The notes: generated by a model not told the origin, from the letters alone. A DNA stretch of 64,000 bases from Eledone cirrhosa (GCA_964016885.1 OZ024741.1:305102001-305166000), one strand, 5' to 3'; positions 14,189 to 27,629 are shown, counted from the stretch's first letter. Made by a program: numbers and translations.

Positions 14189-14233
14189 AACAGTCCTGAT
14201 GAAGGGTAATGACCAAGAAACAAGTTGATTGTT
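14189..14233 (+). ncRNA. Minimal type I hammerhead ribozyme motif
   Basis: AACAGTC CTGATGA agggt aatg accaa GAAAC aa GTT GATTGTT; 7-bp stem I, weakened stem II. Confidence 0.65.
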
Positions 14234-14368
14234 CCTCGATGCCACTGTTGAACAAATGGATGATGTTTGGTCATCAAGTCATAGCACAGCTTTGTCAGTC
14301 GTTTGCTTGCAAACGAATCAAATATTATTATTAATGTTTGATATAACCCATACATACATATGTATATA

Positions 14369-14698
14369 TATAGTGAAATAAGATAACAAGGACGGTTTGT
14401 TACTCTTTCATTACGTTTATTGGTTGGTGACGCGCGTTTCGCCACTGATCAGCTCAAGGTTCGATCTGTATTGATTTGACCCGACTCTGTAATCCGTGGC
14501 CTGTCAGAGCCCTTGTAATGTTAATGGGAAAAATTTTTCCCATTAACATTACAAGGGGCCTGATGAGCCGCAGATTAAAGAGTTGAGTCAGATCAATACA
14601 GATCAAACCTTGAGCTGATCAGTGGCAAAATGCACGTCACCAACCAATAAACATAATGAAGGAGTAGCCAACCATCCTTGTTATCTTATTTCACTATA
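14369..14698. repeat. 330-bp spacerless palindrome with a hammerhead motif in each arm
   Basis: 165-bp arms symmetric about 14533/14534; central 48 bp (14510-14557) perfect; hammerheads at 14426-14510 (-) and 14557-14641 (+). Confidence 0.9.
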
Positions 14699-15513
14699 AT
14701 ACACTCTGTCTAGCTCTACACCTCGACACTGAAGTAAACCTAAACATCAAGTGCTCACCCGGGTGAACCTACAGTAACTCCAAGTTCCACCCCCTGGATA
14801 TATATATATATATGCTAGTGTGGAAGATAGACGTTAAACGATGATGATGATGATGATGATGATATATATATATGTGTGTGTGTGTGTGTGTATGTATATC
14901 ACACACATGGGCATACACTATATACAAACATGGGCACACAATCACATCTCATATACCCACAGACATGGTCACATAATCAGACAGACACGAGCACACATAC
15001 ACATAATCACACACACAGATATAGGCATACAACCATGTGCACACAGACAGGCATAAGCACACAAACACATCACACACATGGGCATGGGTACATGTAACCA
15101 ATAAACTGACAAGGAGTCCAAATAAAGCTGTAGATATATATTTATTTATAAAATGTCTTTGCAAAAGCCAGTGCCATTACAAAGATCAGTGTCATTGCAA
15201 AGACTAATGCCATTGCAAAGATATTAAAAAACAACAACAGTCTTTTCTTCTCAAAGTACTGCTTCAATAATGGGTCACTGAATATAATTTTCTTTTAGGA
15301 TATTGAAGTGTACAACAGATCTGTCAGCCCAAGTAGGGTGGTTTATAATAACACATACATGTAGGGTGGTTTGTAGTTATACATACAAGTTTTTTTTTTT
15401 CTTTACATTTAGGCCCTTAACATTTCATGGGTACCTTCATGAGTCATGGTGTGTCTTGGGCATTTAGACCTAGTGAAGCCCATTCCTCGCCAGGTCTGAA
15501 TATAGCTGGTGCT

Positions 15514-15552
<39 letters not shown>

Positions 15553-15690
15553 TAAGGAAGAATTAGACTGGTACTTTATTTATCAACTCCAAAGGATGAA
15601 AGGCAAAGTTGACCGTGACAGGATTTGAACTCGGAATGCAAATAGCATTCTGAGTTCAATGTTTTAATGAATATTTCAATTCACTACCTT

Positions 15691-16996
15691 ACACATACAT
15701 TTGGTTGTTTATAGTGACACATACATTTGGTTGTTTATAGTGACACATACATTTGGTTGTTTATAGTGACACATAAATTTGGTTGTTTATAGTGACACAT
15801 ACATTTGGTTGTTTATAGTGACACATACATTTGGTTGTTTATAGTGACACATAAATTTGGTTGTTTATAGTGACACATAAATTTGGTTGTTTATAGTGAC
15901 ACATAAATTTGGTTGTTTATAGTGACACATACATTTGGTTGTTTATAGTGACACATACATTTGGTTGTTTATAGTGACACATACATTTGGTTGTTTATAG
16001 TGACACATACATTTGGTTGTTTATAGTGACACATAAATTTGGTTGTTTATAGTGACACATACATTTGGTTGTTTATAGTGACACATACATTTGGTTGTTT
16101 ATAGTGACACATACATTTGGTTGTTTATAGTGACACATACATTTGGTTGTTTATAGTGACACATACATTTGGTTGTTTATAGTGACACATACATTTGGTT
16201 GTTTAGTGACACATACATTTGGTTGTTTATAGTGACACATAAATTTGGTTGTTTATAGTGAAACATACATTTGGTTGTTTATAGTGACACATAAATTTGG
16301 TTGTTTATTGTTACACATACATTTGGTTGTTTATAGTGACACATACATTTGGTTGTTTATTGTTACACATACATTTGGTTGTTTATTGTTACACATAAAT
16401 TTGGTTGTTTGTTGTTACACATACATTTGGTTGTTTATAGTGACACTTACATTTGGTTGTTTATTGTTACACATACATTTGGTTCTTTATAGTGACACAT
16501 ACATTTGGTTGTTTATTGTTACACATACATTTGGTTGTTTATTGTTACACATAAATTTGGTTGTTTATAGTGACACTTACATTTGGTTGTTTATTGTTAC
16601 ACTTACATTTGGTTGTTTATTGTTACATTTACATTTGGTTGTTTATTGTGACACATACATTTGGTTGTTTATTGACACGTACATTTGGTTGTTTATTGTG
16701 ACACATACATTTGGTTGTTTATTGTTACACATAAATTTGGTTGTTTATAGGGACACAGATTTGGTTGTTTATAGTGACACATACATTTGGTTGTTTATAG
16801 TGACACATACATTTGGTTGTTTATAGTGACACATACATTTGGTTGTTTATAGTGACACATATATTTGGTTGTTTATTGTTACACATACATTTGGTTGTTT
16901 ATTGTGACACATACATTTGGTTGTTTATTGTGACACATACATTTGGTTGTTTATTGTGACACATACATTTGGTTGTTTATTGTTACACATACATTT
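15691..16996. repeat. 26-bp minisatellite ACACATACATTTGGTTGTTTATAGTG, ~50 copies
   Basis: Direct reading; tandem units with no unique spacers. Confidence 0.95.
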
Positions 16997-19828
16997 TGAT
17001 GCTAAATTGATGATTCATCAGCGGTGCCTATTGTAGTGAGATTATCATAAATGTGAGAAAATAATGAATATAGAATGAGTAAATGAAACTCTCATTGGTT
17101 TTATGTCCATTCTTCCATGCATGCATAGATTGGACAAAAGTCAGAGCTTATTCTGGTTTTATGTGGTATTCAGTGACTGAAGGTGCAAGACTCCTTCCCA
17201 GGATGGGATGCCAGTATTTGGCAGAGCTAACTCCCCAGCTGCCACTGGTATTTATTTTCAATTGAATGAACTGAAGCAATGTGAAATAATGTGCCTTGCT
17301 TAAGGACACAATATGTTACCTGATCTAGGAATTGAACCCACAAACGATTGTGAGCCTAACACCCTAATCATAAGGCAACAGACCTTCAAATACTACTTAC
17401 AAAATTGCATACAATTATGCAAATATTTTTCAATTTTGGAAGAAAAGGAAAAAAAAAACACTTCCTAGCAACGCTAGCATGGAAAAAAATAAATGTAAAA
17501 AAAAAAAAAGAGTTCTTTGAATAATTTCTACAAATAGGAAATGTAATGCATTGTAATGCATGTGTTTGTCATTTTATAAGGTTATGAATAATAACAAAAA
17601 TATACAAAAACAATGGTTCGTTGGGTCACAAACACTGATACCTTATTCTTCTCACTTTTTGTGCTTTCTCATTGTGGTGGTAGTGGTGGTAAAAGGATTG
17701 TTGGGGTTGTAATTTGAATGCTCCCTTCTTGGACCCTTCACATAACTGATTCCAAAAGAGTGATAAGGAGGAGGCACTTCATTTATTGACCCCAAAAGAA
17801 TGAAAGGCAAAGTTGGCCTCAGTGAGATTTGAAAATGCTGGGAGATGGATGAAGACTGCAAAGCATTCTATCCAGTACTGCTACAACTCTGCCAAGCCCT
17901 GTTTAATTATTAAAATATAAGTATCAAGACCATTAATCATATTTCCAAATTTAATAACCAAGATGAAATATATCTCAAAAGATATTCCATCCTCATATCA
18001 TAAGAGAAAAGAGAAAAGAAAGAAGCCAATACCTAAATCAAACTATGGGAACTGTGTTCCCATTTCTGGTACTATTTATCAGTTAGAATGCCTAGCAAAA
18101 GTATCACTATTTTCCTAAGCAGTCGGATTTGAACTCAGACCCCACAGAGTGAGAACAAATACTACAAGGCACCTTGTCCAACACTTTAACAATTCCACCA
18201 ATTCACTACCCTAAGACTGGCACTTTTTTTATCAACTCAAAAAAGATGAGTCAAAGTTTATCTTGGTGGGATTTGAACTCAGAGCACAGAGAGCTAGATC
18301 AAATACTATGGCATTTAATCCAATGCTCCAACAATTCTGACAATTTGCCACCTTCATATCATAAGATATTAAATTATCAAAACAAACAACAACAATGGTT
18401 TCATTCATCCTCACACGAAACAACAACAAAATCATTTCTTTTACAAGAAATCAATAAGAAAATTATATGGTAAAGTGAGACTAAAAAAGGAAAATGCTGA
18501 ATATAGCAAATTTGCTATGTGTATCCAGTTTAAAATAAGTTTACCATATCACTGCATGTCTTAAGAGGTGACTCAGTAAAGGCATACGGGTAAAATGCCC
18601 TAAAAAAGAATCCATGATGAATGTAAAACATGCCATATGCTCCACAAAGCTAACCCCATGCTTTAGCTGGGTTAATGACATGGTAATAATTGTTCTTGTG
18701 GGTTGCATCATAGATTTATGATGTGTTGACAAGCTAAATGTAATTTTTACTAGAAATATGAAAATATAGGTGGTTGAGTCAATAAGGTACCCAACCCACA
18801 CTCCACTAAAAGAAACCTCAACGGCTCATTGGTCAATGTATCCTTAAGCATCTCTTTTTTTCTTTATATTTTCCTATTTTACATTCCATTCTTCTAAATC
18901 TAAATTTTCCTTTTTTTCTTTTTCTATTAAACTGTATTTACATGATATATTCCATAAATAAAATTAATAGAGAGGATTTGCAACAAGGGTTAAAATTTGG
19001 ATGCAAAATGAGTCTGCTTTCACTAGCAGCCTACCACTAACTTTACAGCAATTCATTTTGTGTAATACAGTACAATAGCTGCTGAACTTAACAAAAATGC
19101 ATAAACATATTTTAGATACAACAATTAAACATGACAATACAACAAGCATGCTAAAGCAAGGGTTATCTTTGCAGACCCCATGATAGGCTTCATACTCATC
19201 GTGGGATCCTTTTTGAGAAAAAATGTTTTACAGACAGACGCCCTTTCTGTTGCTAACTCTTTTAATCACCTATTACAGTAGGTAGGGACATAGTGTGCTT
19301 ATTGCAAACTGCATACTCACAGTATTATTAGACCAAACATAGTCCAATGTTAAACAAATAAAAAATTAACAACATGATATAAATAAGTTAATTAAAATAA
19401 AGATTTAATGTCACAAATAGAAAAAAAAACAAAAACAAAACAAACATAAAAATATTTTTCTGAGTGCATCATAATCATGAATATTTTAACAAGAGTGTGT
19501 ATACCCACACAGGCAAGTGTGTGTAACTATGTATGCATAGATATAGACCAGTTCATTGGCTTTGATGAATGAGTATTTAAGCTGTTTGGTTAATGGGGCT
19601 ACCTATTCACTGTAAGTGGCTGAGTATTCCACAGATACTCTTACCCTTAATGTAAACCATAGGCACACAAATCAGTATGAGACTATATGTGACAATGTAG
19701 CTAGTCTATCAATGACTCTGCCTACTCAATTTCACTCAGCTCACCCAAAGCTACAGTAAAAGGTTCTTGTCCAAAGTGCTAGGCACTGAGATTGAACACA
19801 GAACTCGTATGATTCAGAAATGATCTTC

Positions 19829-20063
19829 TTAACCCTTTTGTTGCCATATTTATGCCTTTAATTTTCAATTTGTTTTGAAAACAATCAGCAATTTTGTGTG
19901 GCTTAGTAAAATAACTTATTTTGTCGGTGTTTGGAACATAACAAAGGTTACTTCATGAAATTATGATAAAAGGTTTTAGATAAATATAAACATTTTCAAA
20001 TAAACAGTTTTGTATTGTAGAACTAGGGATGGTTTCAAACAGTTTGGTAATAAAAGGGTTAAC
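19829..20063. mobile_element. TTAA-flanked piggyBac-like MITE family 2; related copies ~10843-11113, 13537-13885, 38322-38566, 38860-39113
   Basis: TTAA-CCCTTTTG...TAAAAGGG-TTAA termini; shared internal sequence among copies. Confidence 0.6.
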
Positions 20064-20884
20064 CATAAACACACACACACATATATATATATACACACAT
20101 ACACAACGGACACACATACACACATATATATAATTCAGACACACATACGTATAATACATGAATTATTAATGCTCTGAACCAAGGTCCATTGAGTTTATTT
20201 ATTCATCATACATATTATATATGTATTGATACCTTAACATATATATATATATATATATAATAAATTGTCAAAGCGCCGGGTGATTTGAAATTTGAAAATG
20301 TGGGAATTCTGAACACAGAAAATGACAGTAGCAGCCGATTGCTACAAATCAGAACTTCGAAAATTGTGTAAAATACCCTACAGATGTAAAAAATGTGACC
20401 AGGAGCTGCTATCGAAAATTGAACTCCCTATTTCTCGAATACCAGAAATAGGGAATTCGATTCTCTGGAGCAGCATCTGGCCACATTTTTTCGTCTATAG
20501 GGATATTTCACCCAATTTTCCAAGCCATAGAGATTTATCTGTTGTTACAGTTATTTTTTGTGTTTGTGATTCTCACATTTTCATATATATACATATATAA
20601 ATATATATAGTTCAAGGAGACAACAAACAGAGGTACATAAAGTCTTATTAGTTTCACGTTTTATATTGGAAAGAAGAAAGTTCAACATGTCGGGCTTAAC
20701 CCCTTCTTTAGGAGTACACATAGAGACAGGATCACATACACACACACACATATGTATGTATATATTCACATATATACATATATATATATATATTCACATA
20801 TAAACATACATATATTCATTTAAATAAAAAAAAATATTTTAAAAATATTTATCGCTCTACATGGCTGAATACAATAAAAGTAAC

Positions 20885-21063
20885 CTGAGTTTTTCGAATA
20901 TTAATAATAATATTCGATTCGTTTTCAATTATGCAAACAGCCTCTTTTTTACAGCCATGTCAGTAGAATGAGGGGCTCATTCTACTAACATGGCTTTAAA
21001 AAAGAGGCTGTTTGCATAATTGCAAAAAAATCGAATATTATTATTAATATTCGAAAAACTCAG
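20885..21063. mobile_element. Hairpin MITE-like near-perfect inverted repeat (~90-bp arms)
   Basis: CTGAGTTTTTCGAATATTAATAATAATATTCGA...TCGAATATTATTATTAATATTCGAAAAACTCAG, centred on GAG-GGG-CTC. Confidence 0.8.
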
Positions 21064-22908
21064 ATCATATATTCATACATTTGCATATATTCATACATAT
21101 ACATATATTTATACATTTACATATATTCATACATATACATATATACAAACTTATGTTCATTTATATACATATTTTCATATATATACATATGGTAATATAT
21201 ATATACATATATTCATATATATATATATAAGCAGGTTTATTCACAAAGGAATGTCGGAGGGAACGAAAGTTTTCAGTATGGATAACAGAAATACATTTTA
21301 AATTAAAAATAGTAATTCATTAAATTTATATAAGCACACACACATATTATATGTATATCATTTCAGTCATTGGACTGTCACCATGCTGGGATACTGCCTT
21401 TGTGGGTTAACTGATCTAGTATGAATTTCATCGACATCATATCACTTATTAAAAGACATAAACACACACACATACACACTCACACATCTGACTTTTGGAA
21501 ACATTTTTTCATGCTCAGAGTTGCTGAAGCATGAAACAAACTACCTGCATAAGTTGTTAGCTTTTGGGATACTGCATCCTTCAAAACTTCCATACTTCCC
21601 AATATTCCCCCTCTATACACACACATGCATGTATCTGTGTGTATATCACAGCTCATACACTGTTCACTTTCCTGACATTTGTACATTATTATATGTTCTA
21701 TACATGCATCTTTGATGAGTTGCAGTGCACTTGTGCACTGTACACAATAATTTTCATTATTGTTATTATATATATATGTAGGATAAAAGGTCAAGGAAAA
21801 CAATGTGCAATCTATTGCAAGAGAGCTTATTTAGTATAAATAAAGTTTCATACACTTAACATGTATGTGCTACCATTGATTTCAGTATCCCGTTATGTCC
21901 ACCACTGTATAGTGGTGGAGGCTCTTCCAAACTGACCCCTCATTTGGCACTTGAACAGAAATACGATTTTTCATATTTTTGTCCAAGAAGCACAAGTCCA
22001 ACACCCTTACCACTAAGCCAACTGTCCCCACACACCTATACATACATATATTTATTTGAAGCCAAGATTTCACCTCATTATTACCCAGACTTTTTCCGGG
22101 CCACTTTTTAATCAACAATATCTGTTGATATTATTTCTCCTGCTCTCCAATCCATCAGCATAAACAATGGTAACAATAATAATATTTATAATAATAATAA
22201 TAATAATGATTTTTAATTCTGGCACAAGGCCCACGATTTGTTGGGGATGGGAAAGTCAATGAAATCGACTCAGTACTTTACTGGTACTTTATTTTAACAG
22301 CCCTGGAAGGATGAAAGGCAAAGTTGACCTCAGTTGGATTTGAACTAAGAATGAAAAGTACCAGAACAAGTACAAAGCATTTTGTCCAATGCTCTAATGA
22401 GTCTCTCAATCCACCACCTTAATAATAATAATGGTTTCTGATGTAGGCACAAGGCCAACGATTTCAGTGAGGGATGGGAAAATCGGTTAAATTGATTCCA
22501 GTGCATTACTGATACTTTATCGACCCCATAAGGATGAAAGACAAAGCTGACTTTGGTGGGATTTGAACGTTAGAATGTCATATTAAATACTACAAAGCAT
22601 TTTGTCCAACTCTCTAATGATTCTCTCATTCCACCACCTTAATAATAATAATAATAACAACAACAACAACAACAGCAAACATTTAATGAAGAATGCAACC
22701 ACTTCTAAGACAAAATTTCTTCTTCAACAGAAATATGCAATGAGATGGTGATATTATATTCAAAATTTAAGCACGGTAATTCAATACTGAAAGCATTGGG
22801 TATTATGCACCATTATGTTAACTTCATTAGACAGAGAATTAAAACACAACGAATGATTAGAATAAGAGGTCCTCAAGCCACGACACATCTGCAATGTCCT
22901 TATTTATG

Positions 22909-23288
22909 TACTCTTGAATCCCAAATAATAGGGGGAAGTTTGGAATAAGCAGAGGGCTAGAAAATGGATAATTTTTCTAGGTTGTCTCCATTGTGTCTTT
23001 TAAAACCAGAATTAGTTGTTTAGTTTACATATTGAGACTCCAACCCACCCTATTTATTTTATAACGTATGGGATTTCGAGTAATATACTTTTTTTTGTCA
23101 TTTTTTAATGTATAAAGAAAATTAATTGTTGCAGGAATGCTACCACTTAAAATAAAATTTCACCAGAGATAGATTAACAAAATTTGAAAAGCGGGGATGG
23201 GTGGGAGTGGAATAAAAGTGGGGAAGCATGTGGAAAAAATCTGAAAAATAATAAGCAGGGTGGGATGATTATTCGAGACACGTGAGTA
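22909..23288. mobile_element. TA-flanked Tc1/mariner-type MITE; second copy 34691-35077, partial ~38580-38800
   Basis: Termini TACTC..G..TCCCAAATAA / TTATT..GA..C..GAGTA and shared internal sequence. Confidence 0.65.
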
Positions 23289-24408
23289 GGTCTTTTCTAC
23301 AGCCCTTAAAACATGCAATTACAATAATAATTGTTTCTTATTTTGACACAAGGACAGCAATTTTTTTGGGGGAAATTATATCAGCACCTGTACTAGCCTG
23401 GTATCTTATTATATTGACCCCCAAAAAATGAAAGATATAGTTACTCTTGAGGTATTTGAACTCAGAACATGAGGAGTAGGAACAAATGCTGCAATGGGAT
23501 TTTATTCGACACTCTAACAATTTTGCCAATCCACCACTCTCTTATAATGGCTTCTAATTTAGGAACAAGGCCAGCAATTTTTGGAAAGGGAAGGTTGGTT
23601 AAATCAACCTCAATATGTAACACTAGTAAAAAATATATATACATAAATATATATTGGAATTCAAAACATAAGTTTATTAAATTGTTTATATATACTGCTC
23701 TGAATCTGGCTTATGTTTGCAACTATTCATTGAGCTATCTTTATTATCTATGTTTGGTAGTAGGAAGGGCATCCTGCAGCCATAAAATCCCAGCCTAAAC
23801 ATGGCCCCACTATGAGCAAGGCTCATAACACAGGACTACCAAGTTCCACACTGTAAACGTGGTTGGTGTTAGGAAAGGCATCAAGCTGCAAAAATCCTTG
23901 CCAAAGTACAGTCCTTTCAAGCAAAGTATGGCGCAGCCAACTGGCCAGCCTTGTCTCATGTGTGCGACCTGTCTAACTCATGCAAGCATGGAAAATAAAC
24001 ATTAAACGGTAATGATGATGATTGTTCTCTACTCCCTTTTTGGTTGAGTTGTAACTAGCAGGATTGTTGGTGAGCTATTTCTAGCATTTCTTCGAACTTA
24101 TCATATGTCCACTTGTTGCCAAATCCATTCATGCCAAACCACATGTCTTTTTTAAGACAATGCATGTATTTGCTGGCTGATGAAAATATTTTTCCTTATG
24201 GTTGAACACTCCCTCAGACAATAAGTGTGTCTCGCAATATTGATTATTTTCATTGATTAAGATAATTAATATTGTTCTTGCAGTAAGGGAAAGTGATGTG
24301 AGTCTAAATATCTTTATTTTAAACTTATCTTATTTTGCTTGTCTCCCTTGTTTTGAAATTCAAAACACAAATTTATTAAATTGTTTATACACACACATAC
24401 ATATATAT

Positions 24409-24454
<46 letters not shown>

Positions 24455-25028
24455 TGTTACTGCTGTGGTATTTATGTATGAGACAGAGAGTTAGAAAGAA
24501 AGAAAGAAAACAAGAGAGAGAAACCTGAAGTGATCGTAGAATAGACCAAAAAATAAATAATGTAAATATAAGCATAAAAGATCAATGTACTGTCTTGAAA
24601 ACTCAATTCCATTTTTGTTTCCTAGCTTAAATATATACCATCAGCAACAGATTAAGGGGTGGGGAACTGACAGTGCTGTGCCAGGGATCCCACAATATTA
24701 AAGGGTTCCAAGTTAATTGTTTTGCTAACATAAATAATATGCAAGGGCCCAGATTAAATCTTCAGCCAAAGGCCCTGTGTAGGCTTTATCTAACCCTGGT
24801 GGACTGTGTTTGAGAAAATTGTTGTTTGAAGGAACATTTTTTTTTGACAAAAATGATGTAAAGGCAAGTATGAAGTGGCTGGGGGCCCTCAAAACTAGAA
24901 GATTAAGCATTATCATGGAGGGAGTCTGATACATATAAGAGAGCGATAGAGAGATGGGGATATTTGCACAAAAGGAAAAGGAAAAGAAAACAAACAATAA
25001 ATTTGACAAAAAAAAAAAAACACATATA

Positions 25029-25130
25029 TTATGATATAAGACATCCAGTTTCATTTTTCATATCCTTGTCAGACATTGGATATTCTTTTTCTTTTACTCG
25101 TGGCAGTTCTTCTTGTTTAGTAGCTTCCTG
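25029..25130 (-). CDS. BROX: BROX coding exon 11 (last)
   Basis: TTTCAG|CAG GAA...QEATKQEELPRVKEKEYPMSDKDMKNETGCLIS*; CaaX box like human BROX (DTGCYIS). Confidence 0.92.
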   Translation of the reverse strand, partial: QEATKQEELPRVKEKEYPMSDKDMKNETGCLIS

Positions 25131-25686
25131 CTGAAATAAACAAGAAAAAAAAAGATGCTTTATATATCCTAGTTTCAATAAATTGAACTGAACCCCATTT
25201 TGGATAAATGTATGTAAATAAAGTATTTTGTAGAGAACTTATATAGCACATTACACATTACATGATGGAAGAGTCATTTTAGTTACTCTCAGGTCTCGAA
25301 TAATTGTCCCCCCACCCTACTTATTAAATTTTTCATAGACTGCAGTGAAGGTACATCTTGGTTACATACATTCTAGTTTTGGCATGGTTTCTACAGCTGG
25401 GTGCCTTTCCTATCACTAACCATTTAAAAGATATAGTGCATGCATTTTATCGTGGTACTAGCACTAGGGAGGTTATTATGTCTTTGACATAACTGAAGAG
25501 TTGTCACAACCCGTTGATTGGCATGGTTTCTATGGATAGATGTCAACCACTTAACAGAGTATACTGGGTTCATTTTTTATCCTTTCAAATAGTGCAATGA
25601 AAATTCTGACACCAAAAACTAATGATGATAATGAACATATTTATGTATGTATATATATATATATAATATATATATATATATAATAT

Positions 25687-25718
<32 letters not shown>

Positions 25719-25719
<1 letters not shown>

Positions 25720-27629
25720 CATCATCATCATCATCATTGTTTAACGTTCATCTTCCACGCTTGCATGGGTTTGGACGGGAGTTTTCCCACTTGAGGCAAG
25801 ATTTGTTGTCCTGCTTGTATAGGACTGTCTGGCGGGTTTTCTACGGCTGGATGCCCTTCCTAACACCAACCACGTTTACATTGTGGACTGGGAGGTTTTT
25901 ACCGTGTTACCTACACGGCCACATTACAGTGTGGACTGTGTGTTTTTTTTGTCGTGACACCTACACGACCTCATTTGTTTCGGACTGGATGTTGTGGTAC
26001 CAACATAACTTCACATTGAAGGGGGTGGTGTGGATGGGGTGGGGGTAGTGGGACGGGGGTGTATTTTGTTAGAGGTGCCTACTGACTGTAGGTTTCGCTT
26101 TGTACTTAGGCAAGGCGGGTCTTCTGTATGACTGTGTAGCGCCAAAGATCTCGGTCCAGTGACATTGTCTTGGAGAGGTGTAAGTGTGTGAGGTCGGAAT
26201 TTATCAAGTCGTCCCAGGTTTTTCTGGGTCTGCCTACTCCGTGGCTACCGTCTATTTTTATCGCCCTGCACTTTTTTATACAGCTGTTGTCTTTCATGTG
26301 CATCACGTGACTGTACCAACGTAGTCTTCTTTCGAGTAAACAACATCTGATCCCTCTTATTCCTAATTTCTCCCTTAGTTCGTTTATGCTTTGCCATTCA
26401 CGTATATTACTATTACACATCCAGCGGAGCATGCAAGCTTCGTTTCTCTCCTGTCTACGTATATCCTCTGCACACAATGCCCAGGTCTCACTGCCATGTA
26501 ACATTGCTGTTCGTATGCAGGCATCATACAGCCTGCCTTTCATTTTTAGAGAGAACCCTTTAGCGGCCAATAGTGGTATAAGCTCTCTGAACTTTTTCCA
26601 TCCCGTTCCGACTCTAGCTACTGTACTTTCAGAGCAGCCTCCCCCACTGCTGATTTTGTCACCCAGGTAACGGAAGGTCTCCACTATTTCTATAGAACCA
26701 TCTGTGCAATGGAATGAGCTAGTATTCTGTGGGCACTTGCTGCTACTTATTGCACCAGAGCACCGACCACATATAAAATCTATATTCTTAGTTAGCTTAC
26801 CTGTGATCCCACAACATCTTTTATGCACCCATACTTTGCATTTGGGACATAAAATAGAGTTTCTGCCTACTCCTTTCCTACACACTGAGCATGGCCATTT
26901 CCCGGAAGGGACCGGTGCCCTATTTTCCTTCCTACAAACTAGAACTTTAGTCTTAGACACGTTAACTTTAAGGCCTTTTGATTCTAGGCCATGCTTCCAT
27001 GTTTAGAATTTCTTCTCTAGTTCAGCCATTGATTCAGCTATGAGCATTAGATCATCTGCATATAGGAGTTCCCATGGGCAGCCAGTCTTGAACTCCTCTG
27101 TTATAGCCTGAAGGGCAATAATAAATAGTAGGGGGCTAAGAACGGAGCCCTGATGAACACCAACTTTTACGCTAAACTCTTCACCATATTCGTTGTTAAT
27201 TCTAACCTTGCTGACTGTTTCTTTATACATGGCTTGTATAGCTCTCACAAGCCATTCATCAACACCTAGTTTTCTAAACGCACACCAGATAAAGGAGCGG
27301 GGGACTCTGTCAAAGGCTTTCTCCAAGTCAACAAAAGCTAAGTATAGGGGTTTACTTTTAGCTAGGTACTTCTCCTGTAGTTGTCGTACAATGAAAAGAG
27401 TGTCTGTGGTACTTTTACCTGACACAAACCCGAACTGCATTTCATCTAGATCAATTCGTTCTCTGATTAGTTGCGCTATTACTTTTTCTGTGACCTTCAT
27501 GACCTGGTCGATTAATTTAATGCCTCTATAGTTACCCCTATCAAGAGCATCTCCTTTACCCTTGTAGCAGTTAATGATGATGCTGCTACGCCAGTCCTTT
27601 GGAACAGCCCCATTCTGTATGACTTGGTT
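25719..27629 (-). mobile_element. RTE-clade LINE, 5'-truncated, RT plus PHD-type finger, (GAT)n tail
   Basis: QFGF...AFVDLEKAFDRVP...GVHQGSVLSPLLF...LLYADDL; then CSVC...CPKC.VWVHKRC...CGRC; GRPRKTW...DRDLWR. Confidence 0.93.

Noticed and set aside
15691-16996. CRISPR-like array / 193-aa ORF 16245-16826
   Set aside because: Units are head-to-tail with no unique spacers, no cas genes, eukaryotic context; the ORF is just the translated repeat
20681-20716. Hammerhead-like motif on the minus strand (CTAAAGA a GGG gttaag CCC GACATGTT)
   Set aside because: Both conserved core boxes are mutated; cannot be supported
24313-24377. BROX polyadenylation signals (minus-strand AATAAA at 24313-24318 and 24372-24377)
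   Set aside because: AATAAA is frequent by chance in this AT-rich DNA; cannot choose without 3'-end data
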